Assembly (NCBI GenBank): GCA_012839805.1
Contig: DUMU01000007.1
Location: 78,374-142,373 of the forward strand
Source: Bacillota bacterium
GTDB taxonomy: Bacteria > Bacillota > Limnochordia > Limnochordales > DUMU01
Reading direction: 5' to 3'
DNA length: 64,000 bases
Both the position numbers and the translations under genes were made by a program. The notes under the pieces were generated by a model that did not search any database, was not told the DNA's origin, and worked only from the letters and a program-made list of their open reading frames with translations. This document shows positions 16,956 through 28,284 of the stretch, piece after piece; positions within the stretch are counted from its first letter, which is position 1; each line of letters begins with the position of its first letter.

Positions 16956-16973
16956 TTGTGCCTTTCTTCACAA
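16956..16973. promoter_or_regulatory. Rex-like operator (TTGTGcc-N4-TTCACAA)
   Basis: TTGTGCCTTTCTTCACAA read directly. Matches the 18-bp Rex consensus TTGTGAA-N4-TTCACAA except for two positions. Lies in the divergent region between the rnf cluster and the protease gene. Confidence 0.45.
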
Positions 16974-17186
16974 TGTTGGTCAAACGAAAATGGCCACCCG
17001 GCCAGCCTCATTCCTCGGTTGCCTTGTTCTCCCCGGCTGAACTTTACGCCTCCGGCGCGGGATTGTCAACCGGCCTCTACCGCCCCCTTCGTTTTCGCCT
17101 GCGGCTCAATTACATTAGCAGGAGTTTCCTGGTGAGGATCGAAGAATACTAGGTAGCACTATTTACCGACCGGTGGGAAAGGAGAT

Positions 17187-20100
17187 ATGCAGATGCGGCC
17201 CGCTTTCCGTCGCAAGTTGCCGCTGGCCTGCATTCTGGCGGCTGGGTTGCTTCTTTCGTGCACTGCGCCTCTCTTGTCCGCTGCCGGACCGGCGACGCGG
17301 GCTCCATCAGTATCGCCACAGCCCGGGCTTGACGGGGGGGCGATCGTTCCTCCGCCCTCAGGATCGCCGCGGCAAGAGTTCCTGCCAGGTGAGGTCCTGG
17401 TCAAGCCGAAGATCAAGATCCATCCTGGGGTGGCCATGTCCCAGGCGGTGGCCAGCGCCGAGGTCGGAGTGAAGACTTCCGTCGCCGAGTTGGTGGGGAT
17501 CGAGCCACAGGCGGTCAAGGTCAAGCCCATCTCGATGCCGGATGGAAGTCCCCTGCTGGTGGTAAGCATCCCCGAGGGATCGGAGGAGGAAGTGGCCAGG
17601 GCCCTGAGCGCCCGGCCTGACGTGGAGTACGCCGAGCCGAACTACCTTTGGTACCCGGACGATGCCGTCTTCCCGACGGATCCACGTTTCAGCTTCAACT
17701 ACGACTTGCACAACACCGGCCAGGTTTTCGTGCCGCCCCTCGGCTTGAGCGGAACGCCGGACGCGGACATCGACATGCCCGAGGCCTGGGGCATCCATCA
17801 GGCGAGCGGCAGCATCGTCGTGGCCGTCATCGACACCGGCATCTTTATCGACCATCCCGAGCTCGCGGGGCAGATTTGGACGAACCCGGGCGAAATCCCG
17901 GATAACGGCGTGGACGACGATGGGAACGGATACGTCGACGACGTCCACGGCTGGGACTTCTTCAATAACGATAACACCGTCTTCGATTTGGCCGATGGCG
18001 ATGAACATGGCACACATGTTGCCGGGACGATCGGCGCGCTGATGAATAACGGCATCGGTTCGGCCGGTATCAACGGCAAGATCCAGATCATGCCGTTGAA
18101 GTTCATCGGGCCGAACGGCGGATCGACTGAGGATGCAGTCCGGGCCATCGAATACGCTGCGTCTTTTGGCGTGAAAATCTCCAATAATAGCTGGGGCGGT
18201 GGGGGCTACAGCGACGCACTTCGCGATGCCATAGCTAGCTCCGGCATGCTTTTCGTAGCCGCCGCGGGAAACGATGGTTTGGATAACGACGTCGCTCCGC
18301 ACTACCCGTCCTCTTACGACCTGCCCAATGTGCTGGCCGTGGCCTCCAGCGACTGGAACGACGAGCTCTCCGGCTTTTCCAACTACGGGGCGACCAGTGT
18401 CGACCTGGCCGCGCCCGGGGACTTCATCTTCAGCACCTGGGTTCGGAACGTCAACGGAACGGCACAGCCTGCCTTCGCCTGGGCTTCGGGCACGTCAATG
18501 GCTACACCGCACGTAGCCGGGGTGGCTGCTCTCCTGCTCGACAAGTACCCGGACCTGCCGCTCTATCCGGGAGCGCCGGGAGCGCAGCCGGACTCACCGA
18601 CATTGAAGGACGTACTCATGTACTCCGGGGATTACAAACCGGCCTATCAAGGGCTCATGGTTGCCCCGGTCCGGTTGAACGCGGAGCGTGCTTTGGGCCA
18701 GGTCATCGCTCCTATCATTCAGAATCTCACCGTTAACGGCAGGCCTTTTGGCAACCGCACAACTCCGGGCCAGGCGGTGGCGTTCACTGTAACGGCCGAA
18801 ACCCCGTTCAGCACGGTGGCTTCGATCACCTGGGATTTCGGCGACGGGCAGGAGGCAGCCGGGGCGACCGTTACTCACGTCTATGGTCGGCCCGGAGTAT
18901 ATGAGGTCCGGGTAACGGTAACGGACGACGACGGCGATGCATCAACCGCCTTGGCCACGGTCGAGGTGGTAGAGGACAACAGAACGGTTGTCCTGGTGGA
19001 CGACGACGGCAGTGCTGCCAGCGAGATTCCTTTGATTAACGCTCTAGAAGCAGCAGGGCTTCCCTATGTGGTAGCCGCCCCGCAGGCAATTCTGCGGCTC
19101 AACCCCCAGGACCACCCGAACCCGATCTTCTGGGAGACGGGAACGGAGTTATCTGCACTTAACGTATGGGAACAGGGCTTCATCGCCGCGTTCCTCGATG
19201 CGGGTGGGCGTCTCTTCCTGAGCGGTCAGGATGTCTTGGAGGGACTGGCGGGAAGCGACTTCCTGACCCGGTATCTCCACGTTCAGGCCTTCCGGAGTGA
19301 TACGGGGGCAGACGTGATCGAAGGTATCCCCGGCGATCCGGTCACGGGCGGTATCGGTCGCATTCGCCTCCAATTCCCGGAGGGGATCACGGACCGGGCC
19401 GATGACCTTACTCCCACCGAGGATGCCGACCCGATCTTTACGACCTCCCTCAACACCAGCCCGGCGTTGCGCTATATCTCGTCGGATCAGCAAGGACCGC
19501 GCCTGGTCCTCTCTACCGTTTATTTCGGAGCAATCCCGCTCACTAACCCGGATCCGTCCAATGCCCGCGGGTTCGTGCTCAGCATCTACCATTTCCTGAC
19601 CGGGCAGGATGTCAATCTGCCACCGGTCGTCCTCAAGACCGGCGGCTCGTTCCAGATCGGCGACGCTCCTCTCACTGTTCAGGTCAACGCGACGGTAGAG
19701 GACCCCGTTCCCCAACCACTGGCGGTGGCGTACGCCTACTGGGACTTCGGCGATGGTTCACCGGTGGTAGGGGCGAAACCGCAAGAGAACTTCGCGGCCA
19801 GCCATACGTACCAGGCTCCCGGCTTTTACCGGGCGACGCTGCGGGTAGTTGATGACCAGGGTGAGGACACCATCGCCTATCGCAACTTCCTCGTACTCCC
19901 GCCAGGCACGAAGATGATCGCGGTGGACGACGGCGACAATCCCGGGACGTTCGGCCTGATCACCGGGGTTCTCGATCAGCTGGGGGTCCGGTATGTAGCC
20001 GTAACCCCGGACCTGCTGGTGGACGAGACCGGCATTCTCGACGGGGCCTGGCAGTACCCGCTCTTGTGGACCACCGGCGAGATCGGCTATACCGACCACT

Positions 20101-22259
20101 CGGAAGTGGCGGCCCTCGAAGAGTTCATGGACCAGGGCGGGCATCTCATCCTCTCCGGACAAGATGAGCTCTTCAACATCTGGGAAGCCGACCCGCAACT
20201 GATGGAGTTCGCTACGGACTATCTCAAGGTTGCCGACGTGGCCCATGACGTAGGGGCTCCGCACATCCTTGGGCAGCCGGGCGACCCGATTAGCGACGGC
20301 GTGGAGATCTACCCGCAGTTCCCCTTCGCCGACTGGAGCGACATCATCTTACCGGCTCAAGAAGCGTCACCGCTCTTCTGGCGGGACATGGCGGACTACG
20401 GCTACCCTGACTACTACCTCCCGAATGCTTTACGCTACGATGGTAGTTACCACTTGCTCTTCCTTGCCTTCCCGCTTGAAGCAGTACCGTACCAGTATCG
20501 GTTGTCGGCGTCACCCACGTCAGCTGCCGGTCCGGGAGGGGCGGTGGCCGTGCCTCTGGCTGGTGAAAGCAGCGCCAGTACGGGCACAGCGCAGGTGCTC
20601 AAGAGCCAGCGAAAAGCCGGTGCTGCCAAAGGCATGCAGCTTGAGCAACTGAAGAGTCTTGCCTGGCGGCCAACCGGCGAAGTGGGCCCCTTCGTACCCG
20701 GTACCTTGCCCTTGCTCCTTGGCCGAGCCTTGAGTGCCTCCGACGCCGGTATTGCGCCGCCGCTTGCCCCCCTGGTGCTTGCTGTGAGCGCGGACCAGGG
20801 CCCGGTCGAGCCGGGCGTGGCCGTGACTTTGCAGGCGCTGGCCGAAGACGTAGACGGAACGATCGTGGAGGCCTGGGTGGAGACCGGCGATGGAGCGCGG
20901 ATCGATGTACTGGCGGGCGATTCACGGGTGATAGCGGACGTGACGCACACCTATAGCGAGCCCGGCGTCTACGATGTCACTTACTACTTTAAGGACGACG
21001 CGGGTAACGAAGCGGTCGGCAGCAGCCGGGTGACCGTAGCCTACCTGCCGCAGGCTAGCCTTGAACCGGCGGCGGTGGAGGTGAGCCTCTCCCCCGCGAT
21101 CCAGGCGGAACGGTCACTTACTCTCCACAACTCCGACGAGCAAGCCGAGCTGCACTTTACTGCGGAAGTAGCAGAAGCTCCCGCATGGCTCACCGTCGAG
21201 CCCGCCGCGGGAACTGTGTCCCCGGCGAGTTCGGCCAGCCTCCGCTTGCTGTTCAATACCGACGGCCTGGAAGCCGGTCAGGACTATACCGCAACGGTGG
21301 TCGTCCAGACCGACGATCCCGACCGGCCGCGGTTCGACGTGCTGGTTACGCTCCACATCGTCACTCCGGCGGCTGCGGTCAACCCGGGTGAGCTCAGCTT
21401 CATGCTAAACCCGGACGAGCAGGCGACCCGGGCGATCACGGTCTCGAACGAGGCGTCGGGGGAGGGAGCCGTTCTGGCCTTCACCGCCAGCGTAGACGGC
21501 GAGACGGGATGGCTCAGTGTCAGCCCGGCCCAGGGAGAAGTCGCTCCGGAGGGTACGGCGGAACTAACCGTTACGGTCGATACCACGGCGCTGGTCGCCG
21601 GTGACTACCAGGGGAAGATCGTGATCGCAACTAACGACCCGGAGAAGCCGGAAATCCAGATACCGGTCACCCTGCAGGTGCGACCCATCAACCTTCAGGT
21701 ACTGAGCCCGCAAGCAGGCGACGTCTGGACGGGAGTGAAGGAGATCCGCTGGCAGGCGGAGGACCCTGAAAGCCAGCAAGAGACGGAAGCCCTCAAGATC
21801 ACGCTGGAGTACAGCCCCGATGGAGGCACGACCTGGAAGAGTATCGCCACCGATGAAGCCAACGATGGGCGTTACAGTTGGGATACCCGTTCGGTGGAGA
21901 AAGGCGGCAACCGCTTCGTCGTGCGGGTGACAGCGACTGACCCCGAGGGGCACGCGGCGACGGCCACGAGCGGGGTATTTACCGTGGCGGTAGTTCGGAA
22001 CATGGTCACCCACGGTCCGAACCCGGCCAGGGAGTACGTCACCTTCTACTACAACCTGAGCGAACCGGCGAAGCTCTACGTCTATGACATCAGCGGTCAC
22101 CTGGTGCTGGCTCAGGATCTCGCGCCTGCCGCCAACCACTATCGGTGGGACCTGACGGACGCAGCGGGTCGACCACTGGCCAGCGGGCTGTACCTTTACA
22201 CGGTAGTGACCGAATCGGGCCAGGCCTCGCCGGTCGAACGCCTGGTAATCAAGCGGTGA
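17187..22259 (+). CDS. secreted multidomain subtilisin-like (S8) peptidase with PKD repeats and a T9SS-type/FlgD-Ig-like C-terminal domain
   Basis: Signal peptide and an I9-like propeptide. Catalytic triad contexts VAVIDTGI, HGTHVAGTIG, SGTSMATPHVAG. Three PKD-like WDFGDG.../THTY...Y repeats, two ~100-aa Ig-like repeats, and a C-terminus GPNPAREYVTFYYNL...LYVYDISGHLV...WDLTDAAGRPLASGLYLYTV. The second ATG (17193) has better SD spacing. Confidence 0.88.
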   Translation: MQMRPAFRRKLPLACILAAGLLLSCTAPLLSAAGPATRAPSVSPQPGLDGGAIVPPPSGSPRQEFLPGEVLVKPKIKIHPGVAMSQAVASAEVGVKTSVAELVGIEPQAVKVKPISMPDGSPLLVVSIPEGSEEEVARALSARPDVEYAEPNYLWYPDDAVFPTDPRFSFNYDLHNTGQVFVPPLGLSGTPDADIDMPEAWGIHQASGSIVVAVIDTGIFIDHPELAGQIWTNPGEIPDNGVDDDGNGYVDDVHGWDFFNNDNTVFDLADGDEHGTHVAGTIGALMNNGIGSAGINGKIQIMPLKFIGPNGGSTEDAVRAIEYAASFGVKISNNSWGGGGYSDALRDAIASSGMLFVAAAGNDGLDNDVAPHYPSSYDLPNVLAVASSDWNDELSGFSNYGATSVDLAAPGDFIFSTWVRNVNGTAQPAFAWASGTSMATPHVAGVAALLLDKYPDLPLYPGAPGAQPDSPTLKDVLMYSGDYKPAYQGLMVAPVRLNAERALGQVIAPIIQNLTVNGRPFGNRTTPGQAVAFTVTAETPFSTVASITWDFGDGQEAAGATVTHVYGRPGVYEVRVTVTDDDGDASTALATVEVVEDNRTVVLVDDDGSAASEIPLINALEAAGLPYVVAAPQAILRLNPQDHPNPIFWETGTELSALNVWEQGFIAAFLDAGGRLFLSGQDVLEGLAGSDFLTRYLHVQAFRSDTGADVIEGIPGDPVTGGIGRIRLQFPEGITDRADDLTPTEDADPIFTTSLNTSPALRYISSDQQGPRLVLSTVYFGAIPLTNPDPSNARGFVLSIYHFLTGQDVNLPPVVLKTGGSFQIGDAPLTVQVNATVEDPVPQPLAVAYAYWDFGDGSPVVGAKPQENFAASHTYQAPGFYRATLRVVDDQGEDTIAYRNFLVLPPGTKMIAVDDGDNPGTFGLITGVLDQLGVRYVAVTPDLLVDETGILDGAWQYPLLWTTGEIGYTDHSEVAALEEFMDQGGHLILSGQDELFNIWEADPQLMEFATDYLKVADVAHDVGAPHILGQPGDPISDGVEIYPQFPFADWSDIILPAQEASPLFWRDMADYGYPDYYLPNALRYDGSYHLLFLAFPLEAVPYQYRLSASPTSAAGPGGAVAVPLAGESSASTGTAQVLKSQRKAGAAKGMQLEQLKSLAWRPTGEVGPFVPGTLPLLLGRALSASDAGIAPPLAPLVLAVSADQGPVEPGVAVTLQALAEDVDGTIVEAWVETGDGARIDVLAGDSRVIADVTHTYSEPGVYDVTYYFKDDAGNEAVGSSRVTVAYLPQASLEPAAVEVSLSPAIQAERSLTLHNSDEQAELHFTAEVAEAPAWLTVEPAAGTVSPASSASLRLLFNTDGLEAGQDYTATVVVQTDDPDRPRFDVLVTLHIVTPAAAVNPGELSFMLNPDEQATRAITVSNEASGEGAVLAFTASVDGETGWLSVSPAQGEVAPEGTAELTVTVDTTALVAGDYQGKIVIATNDPEKPEIQIPVTLQVRPINLQVLSPQAGDVWTGVKEIRWQAEDPESQQETEALKITLEYSPDGGTTWKSIATDEANDGRYSWDTRSVEKGGNRFVVRVTATDPEGHAATATSGVFTVAVVRNMVTHGPNPAREYVTFYYNLSEPAKLYVYDISGHLVLAQDLAPAANHYRWDLTDAAGRPLASGLYLYTVVTESGQASPVERLVIKR

Positions 22260-22274
22260 GAGGAGCGGTGGAGC

Positions 22275-23174
22275 ATGAAGAGAGTTCAGTTGGCACGCAT
22301 TGTGTCCGGGGTGGTTGGTGGCGTCCTCCTCATCGGTCTGCTGCTCCTCGTGTCGGCAAGCATGAGCGCGCTGGCCGCGGCCGGTCCGCCGGACTATAGC
22401 CGTACCGGGGCAATGCTGGACATCGGCATGAGCGCGAGGGCAATGGCCCTGGGTGGGGCGTACGCGGCAGTGGTCGAGGACGCTACGGCGCTCTACTACA
22501 ACCCGGCCGGACTCCTGCGGGTGCAGGGGATACAGGCAAACTCACTCTATCTGGATCAACACGGAGCGGCCAGTTACATGGCTCTGGGAATAGCGTCCCG
22601 GGGCCTGGGAATTGGGCTGCTCCACCTGGGCTCGGCCGGCAACCCCTACCGGGACGAATTCGGTAACGATCTCGGCGACAACTTCGACCTGGGCGAAACC
22701 GCATGGATGCTGGGAGGAGCCCGGTCCGTTGGTGAACTGAAGCTCGGCGTTACCGGCAAGTACTACCGTCAAGTCATTGCCGACGAGGTAAGCTCTGGAT
22801 GGACGGTGGATGCAGGGGTGCTGCTGGAAAAGGGAAAGCTTACCCTGGCGCTGGTAGGGCGGAACCTGGCCGGGGAACTCTCGGGTTCACAGGGCCGGGA
22901 TCCGTTTGACGCCAGCTATGTGCTGGGTGTGGGCTACCGCTCCGGACCGCTGCTCTTGCTGGCCGACCTCGGCTTGGGTCAGGTGGTGCGGACGGGCGTG
23001 GAGTACCAGTTGGCCGGGGTTGCCCTGCGGGGCGGTCTCTGGAGTGAACAGGGAAATCAAGCGCTGACGGCAGGGCTGGGGACAAAGGTCGGGAACCTTA
23101 CGATCGACTACGCTCTACAGGTTCCCTCCCATCTCCCGGTTGAGCACCGTTTGGCGGTAGGAGTGCAGTTCTGA
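22275..23174 (+). CDS. PorV/PorQ-like outer-membrane beta-barrel protein (family assignment tentative)
   Basis: Signal peptide, then the N-terminal signature GMSARAMALGGAYAAVVEDATALYYNPAGL. Alternating beta-strand pattern and a C-terminal aromatic residue (...LAVGVQF). Starts 15 nt after the protease stop, with a gaggag SD. Confidence 0.65.
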   Translation: MKRVQLARIVSGVVGGVLLIGLLLLVSASMSALAAAGPPDYSRTGAMLDIGMSARAMALGGAYAAVVEDATALYYNPAGLLRVQGIQANSLYLDQHGAASYMALGIASRGLGIGLLHLGSAGNPYRDEFGNDLGDNFDLGETAWMLGGARSVGELKLGVTGKYYRQVIADEVSSGWTVDAGVLLEKGKLTLALVGRNLAGELSGSQGRDPFDASYVLGVGYRSGPLLLLADLGLGQVVRTGVEYQLAGVALRGGLWSEQGNQALTAGLGTKVGNLTIDYALQVPSHLPVEHRLAVGVQF

Positions 23175-23194
23175 GTCATCCTCGCCCGCACGCT

Positions 23195-23234
23195 AACGGG
23201 CCGGTGCCCCGCCCGCGGGGCTCCCGGCCCGTTT
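23195..23234 (+). terminator. GC-rich hairpin terminator after the protease/barrel operon
   Basis: AACGGGCCGG-tGCCCCGCccGCGGGGCt-CCGGCCCGTT followed by TT(T)CG. The U-tract is weak. Confidence 0.5.
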
Positions 23235-23487
23235 CGCGCGCATATCCATATGCGACACGTGAGTGCACATGGAGCGGGGAGCGGTAGCCAGGAGGCCGGG
23301 GGCCGGGGTGTTTCGCGGCGCTTCCGGGGGGTGGGGGAGCAGAATAGGAGCGTGAAGCGGATAAGACGGCAGGAGACCGGTGCCGGGAAGAAGAATGAAG
23401 AGCGAGCGCGGGCCGCCCGCTGTACACCCCGGGACACCGGCCGCCCGCGCCAGTCCGCAAACGCGTCAATCGAGGTGTCAAGCCAGT

Positions 23488-25869
<2,382 letters not shown>

Positions 25870-25981
25870 TCGGGCAGCCCCGGCCGCGCTGGTGAACTGC
25901 CTGCCTGGCGGTCCGGGGATGCCCGGGGTCGCCTGGATCTGGATCCGGTTAGCGAAAGATTGGCGAAAGAGCCAAAAAAGA

Positions 25982-26016
25982 ACGAGGGATGGCTGATCGC
26001 CATCCCTCGTTTTATT
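25982..26016. terminator. bidirectional rho-independent terminator (hppA / ssrA)
   Basis: acgagggatgg-ctgatcg-ccatccctcgt, flanked by aaaaaag on the left and tttatt on the right. Confidence 0.75.
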
Positions 26017-26035
26017 GGAAAAACTGGCCAAAAAC

Positions 26036-26386
26036 TGGTGGAGGTGAGCGGAGTTGCACCGCTGTCCACGAGAGGGACCACACCCGCATCTACGAGCGTA
26101 GCTCTCGCTTTCTTCTCGTCCCGGCCGGCCCTCGAGAGCCAGGTCCGTCCGGCACCAGCCTGTATGAGTCCTCCGACCTACCAGGCACTCGGCCGGAGCC
26201 ATCCCGCTTCATGACACCTGGTTCCGGTTAGCGGGCGTCACCGGGCAGGCGTAGCAGCTGCTTACGCAGCGACTGCTAGAGCAGTGTTGTTGTTGGCACT
26301 TATTGGGTTTCCCCGGATTAACGAGTCAGGGAAGCTCGGCTCGCCGCGAATGCCACCCCATCCCGTGTCGAACCTGATTCACCCCC
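26036..26386 (-). ncRNA. ssrA: tmRNA (SsrA), tag peptide (A)ANNNTALAVAA
   Basis: 5' GGGGGTGAATCAGGTTCGACACGGG. Tag ORF GCC AAC AAC AAC ACT GCT CTA GCA GTC GCT GCG TAA at 26297-26262. 3' tRNA-like end GGTGCAACTCCGCTCACCTCCACCA with a G3:U pair in the acceptor stem. Confidence 0.92.
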
Positions 26387-26397
26387 GTGCGTTTTAT

Positions 26398-26426
26398 AGT
26401 ATACCGTCGCCGCACCGCGCTGTCGA
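26398..26426 (-). promoter_or_regulatory. sigma-70-type promoter for ssrA
   Basis: TCGACA, 17-nt spacer, TATACT. The -10 element ends 11 nt before the mature tmRNA 5' G. Confidence 0.6.
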
Positions 26427-26774
26427 TACTTCCTGAACGACAAGCCGCCGCACCTTTTCGCCACTCCGGGCGCGGCGGCGCCGGGCTCGTGACACCGGTC
26501 CGGCGGCAGCCAAGCACAGGCGGGCCTGTGCCCGGATAATATCCCTGCCGTTGGTTCCGGATGCCGCCGTCGTTTTACGGGAGCCCCTGCCAGCCGGGGA
26601 ATCGAGCTCTCGGGCGGTCCGTTGCTACCAGAATTCCACGTCAGGCATAGCGCCTGGTTTGCCGAATAGCGATCACCAACGAGCCCAGGGACTGCCGAAA
26701 ACTCCTGCAACTACTGAAGGGGATCTGGGGACGGGTGGCGAATGAGACGTCGCTCAGGCTTCGGGCCTCGGGCC

Positions 26775-27251
26775 TCAAGCCTTACCGAGCTCGCGTTCTT
26801 TGACAATGCGCCGGATCTGGCGATCGGTTTCGGCTCGGGAGATGGACTCCCGCTTGTCGTAAAGCTTCTTGCCGCGGGCCAAAGCGAGCTCTACCTTGAC
26901 GTGGCCGCCACGCAGGTAGACAGCCAAGGGGATGAGGGTATAACCCTTTTCCTTGATCCGGCTGGCCAGGCGCAGGATCTCGCGGCGATGGAGCAGGAGC
27001 TTGCGAACCCGCAGGGGGTCGGGGTTGAAACGGTTGCCGTGCTCGTAGGGGGAGATGTGAACATTTCGGAGAAAAACTTCGCCCTTCTCGATGGTAGCGT
27101 AGCCGTCCCGCAGGTTGATCCGGCCGAGGCGGATCGACTTCACCTCGGTTCCGGTGAGTACGATCCCGGCTTCGATGGTTTCCTCGATGAAGAAGTCGTG
27201 CCGGGCCTTGCGGTTTTCGGCGATGGTGCGGATCGCGTCGCGGCTCGTCAT
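26775..27251 (-). CDS. smpB: SsrA-binding protein SmpB
   Basis: [32 protein letters not shown]...[11 protein letters not shown] at 27251 gives a typical 158 aa. The TTG at 27287 used by the ORF track is part of a TTGACA box. Confidence 0.9.
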   Translation of the reverse strand: MTSRDAIRTIAENRKARHDFFIEETIEAGIVLTGTEVKSIRLGRINLRDGYATIEKGEVFLRNVHISPYEHGNRFNPDPLRVRKLLLHRREILRLASRIKEKGYTLIPLAVYLRGGHVKVELALARGKKLYDKRESISRAETDRQIRRIVKERELGKA

Positions 27252-27257
27252 GCGGAT

Positions 27258-27287
27258 ATGGTAAGAAGTTTCTCGGATATGTGTCAA
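27258..27287 (-). promoter_or_regulatory. promoter placing the smpB transcription start at or next to its ATG (leaderless candidate)
   Basis: TTGACA (27287-27282), 18-nt spacer, TACCAT (27263-27258), then 6 nt to the ATG at 27251. No SD is visible. Confidence 0.5.
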
Positions 27288-27312
27288 GAGTCGGAAATGG
27301 GGGGTTGCAGGA

Positions 27313-28284
27313 ATGATCGAAATCAGGGGGTTGACGAAGCGGTTCGGTCAGCTGACCGCCGTGGATAACCTCAACCTGCGGGTGGAAAAAGGAGAGATCT
27401 TTGGTTTCCTGGGGCCTAACGGTGCTGGAAAGACCACTACTATCATGATGATCCTGGGTTTGATCCGGCCAACGTCAGGATCGGTTCGCATCTTCGGGAA
27501 AGAGCTCTCTGAAGATTACTTCGGGATCAAGAAGCGTCTGGGAGTGCTTTCTGAATACCAGTACATGTACGATGAGATGACGGCACGGGAATACCTGACG
27601 TTCTTTGCCCGGCTTTACCAGGTAGAACAAGGAGAGAAACGGGTCCAGGAGGTCCTGGAAAGGGTGCGGCTCCGGGACCGCCAGGATGAGCTGGTGGGCG
27701 GATACTCTAAAGGAATGAAACAGAAACTCGGGTTAGCCCGGGTGCTCCTGCACGACCCGGAGATTCTGATCCTCGACGAGCCGACCAGCTCCCTCGACCC
27801 TTACGGGGTGCGGGAGGTGCGGGATATCTTGCTCGAGGAGCACGAGCGAGGCCGGACCCTCCTGATATCTTCGCACCTGCTATCCGAGATCGAGCGGATC
27901 TCCACGCGGGTCGGGATCATGAACAAAGGCCGGCTGCTGGCCGAGAACACCATGGACGAGCTGCGCCGGCGGCTGACCCAAGAGGTAACCATAACCGTGG
28001 ACCTGGAGAGTATCCCCGACGGCGTAGTGGACAAGCTCCGGGAGCTGCCGAACGTGGTGTCGGTGGAGACGGTCCCGGTCAGCCGGGACGGTGCGGGTGC
28101 CGGGATGAGCCTGGTCATCAAGACCAAGCCGGGGGCCGAACGGCGGGCCGAAATCGCCCGGGTGCTCAGTAGCGCGGGAGCTATCATCCTCGGCATGCGC
28201 ACCAGCGAAATGAACCTGGAAGAGGTCTTCATCACCATCACGGAAAACAACATCTCACTCCTGGCTGAGGAGGGCGTGGCATGA
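27313..28284 (+). CDS. ABC transporter ATP-binding protein (ABC-2 exporter type)
   Basis: Walker [10 protein letters not shown], signature [12 protein letters not shown], Walker [13 protein letters not shown], plus a C-terminal accessory domain. Confidence 0.9.
   Translation: MIEIRGLTKRFGQLTAVDNLNLRVEKGEIFGFLGPNGAGKTTTIMMILGLIRPTSGSVRIFGKELSEDYFGIKKRLGVLSEYQYMYDEMTAREYLTFFARLYQVEQGEKRVQEVLERVRLRDRQDELVGGYSKGMKQKLGLARVLLHDPEILILDEPTSSLDPYGVREVRDILLEEHERGRTLLISSHLLSEIERISTRVGIMNKGRLLAENTMDELRRRLTQEVTITVDLESIPDGVVDKLRELPNVVSVETVPVSRDGAGAGMSLVIKTKPGAERRAEIARVLSSAGAIILGMRTSEMNLEEVFITITENNISLLAEEGVA

Noticed and set aside
16955-16983. Minus-strand promoter TTGACC-N17-CACAAC overlapping the Rex-like box.
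   Set aside because: The -10 hexamer is poor (3/6), so I report only the operator-like palindrome.
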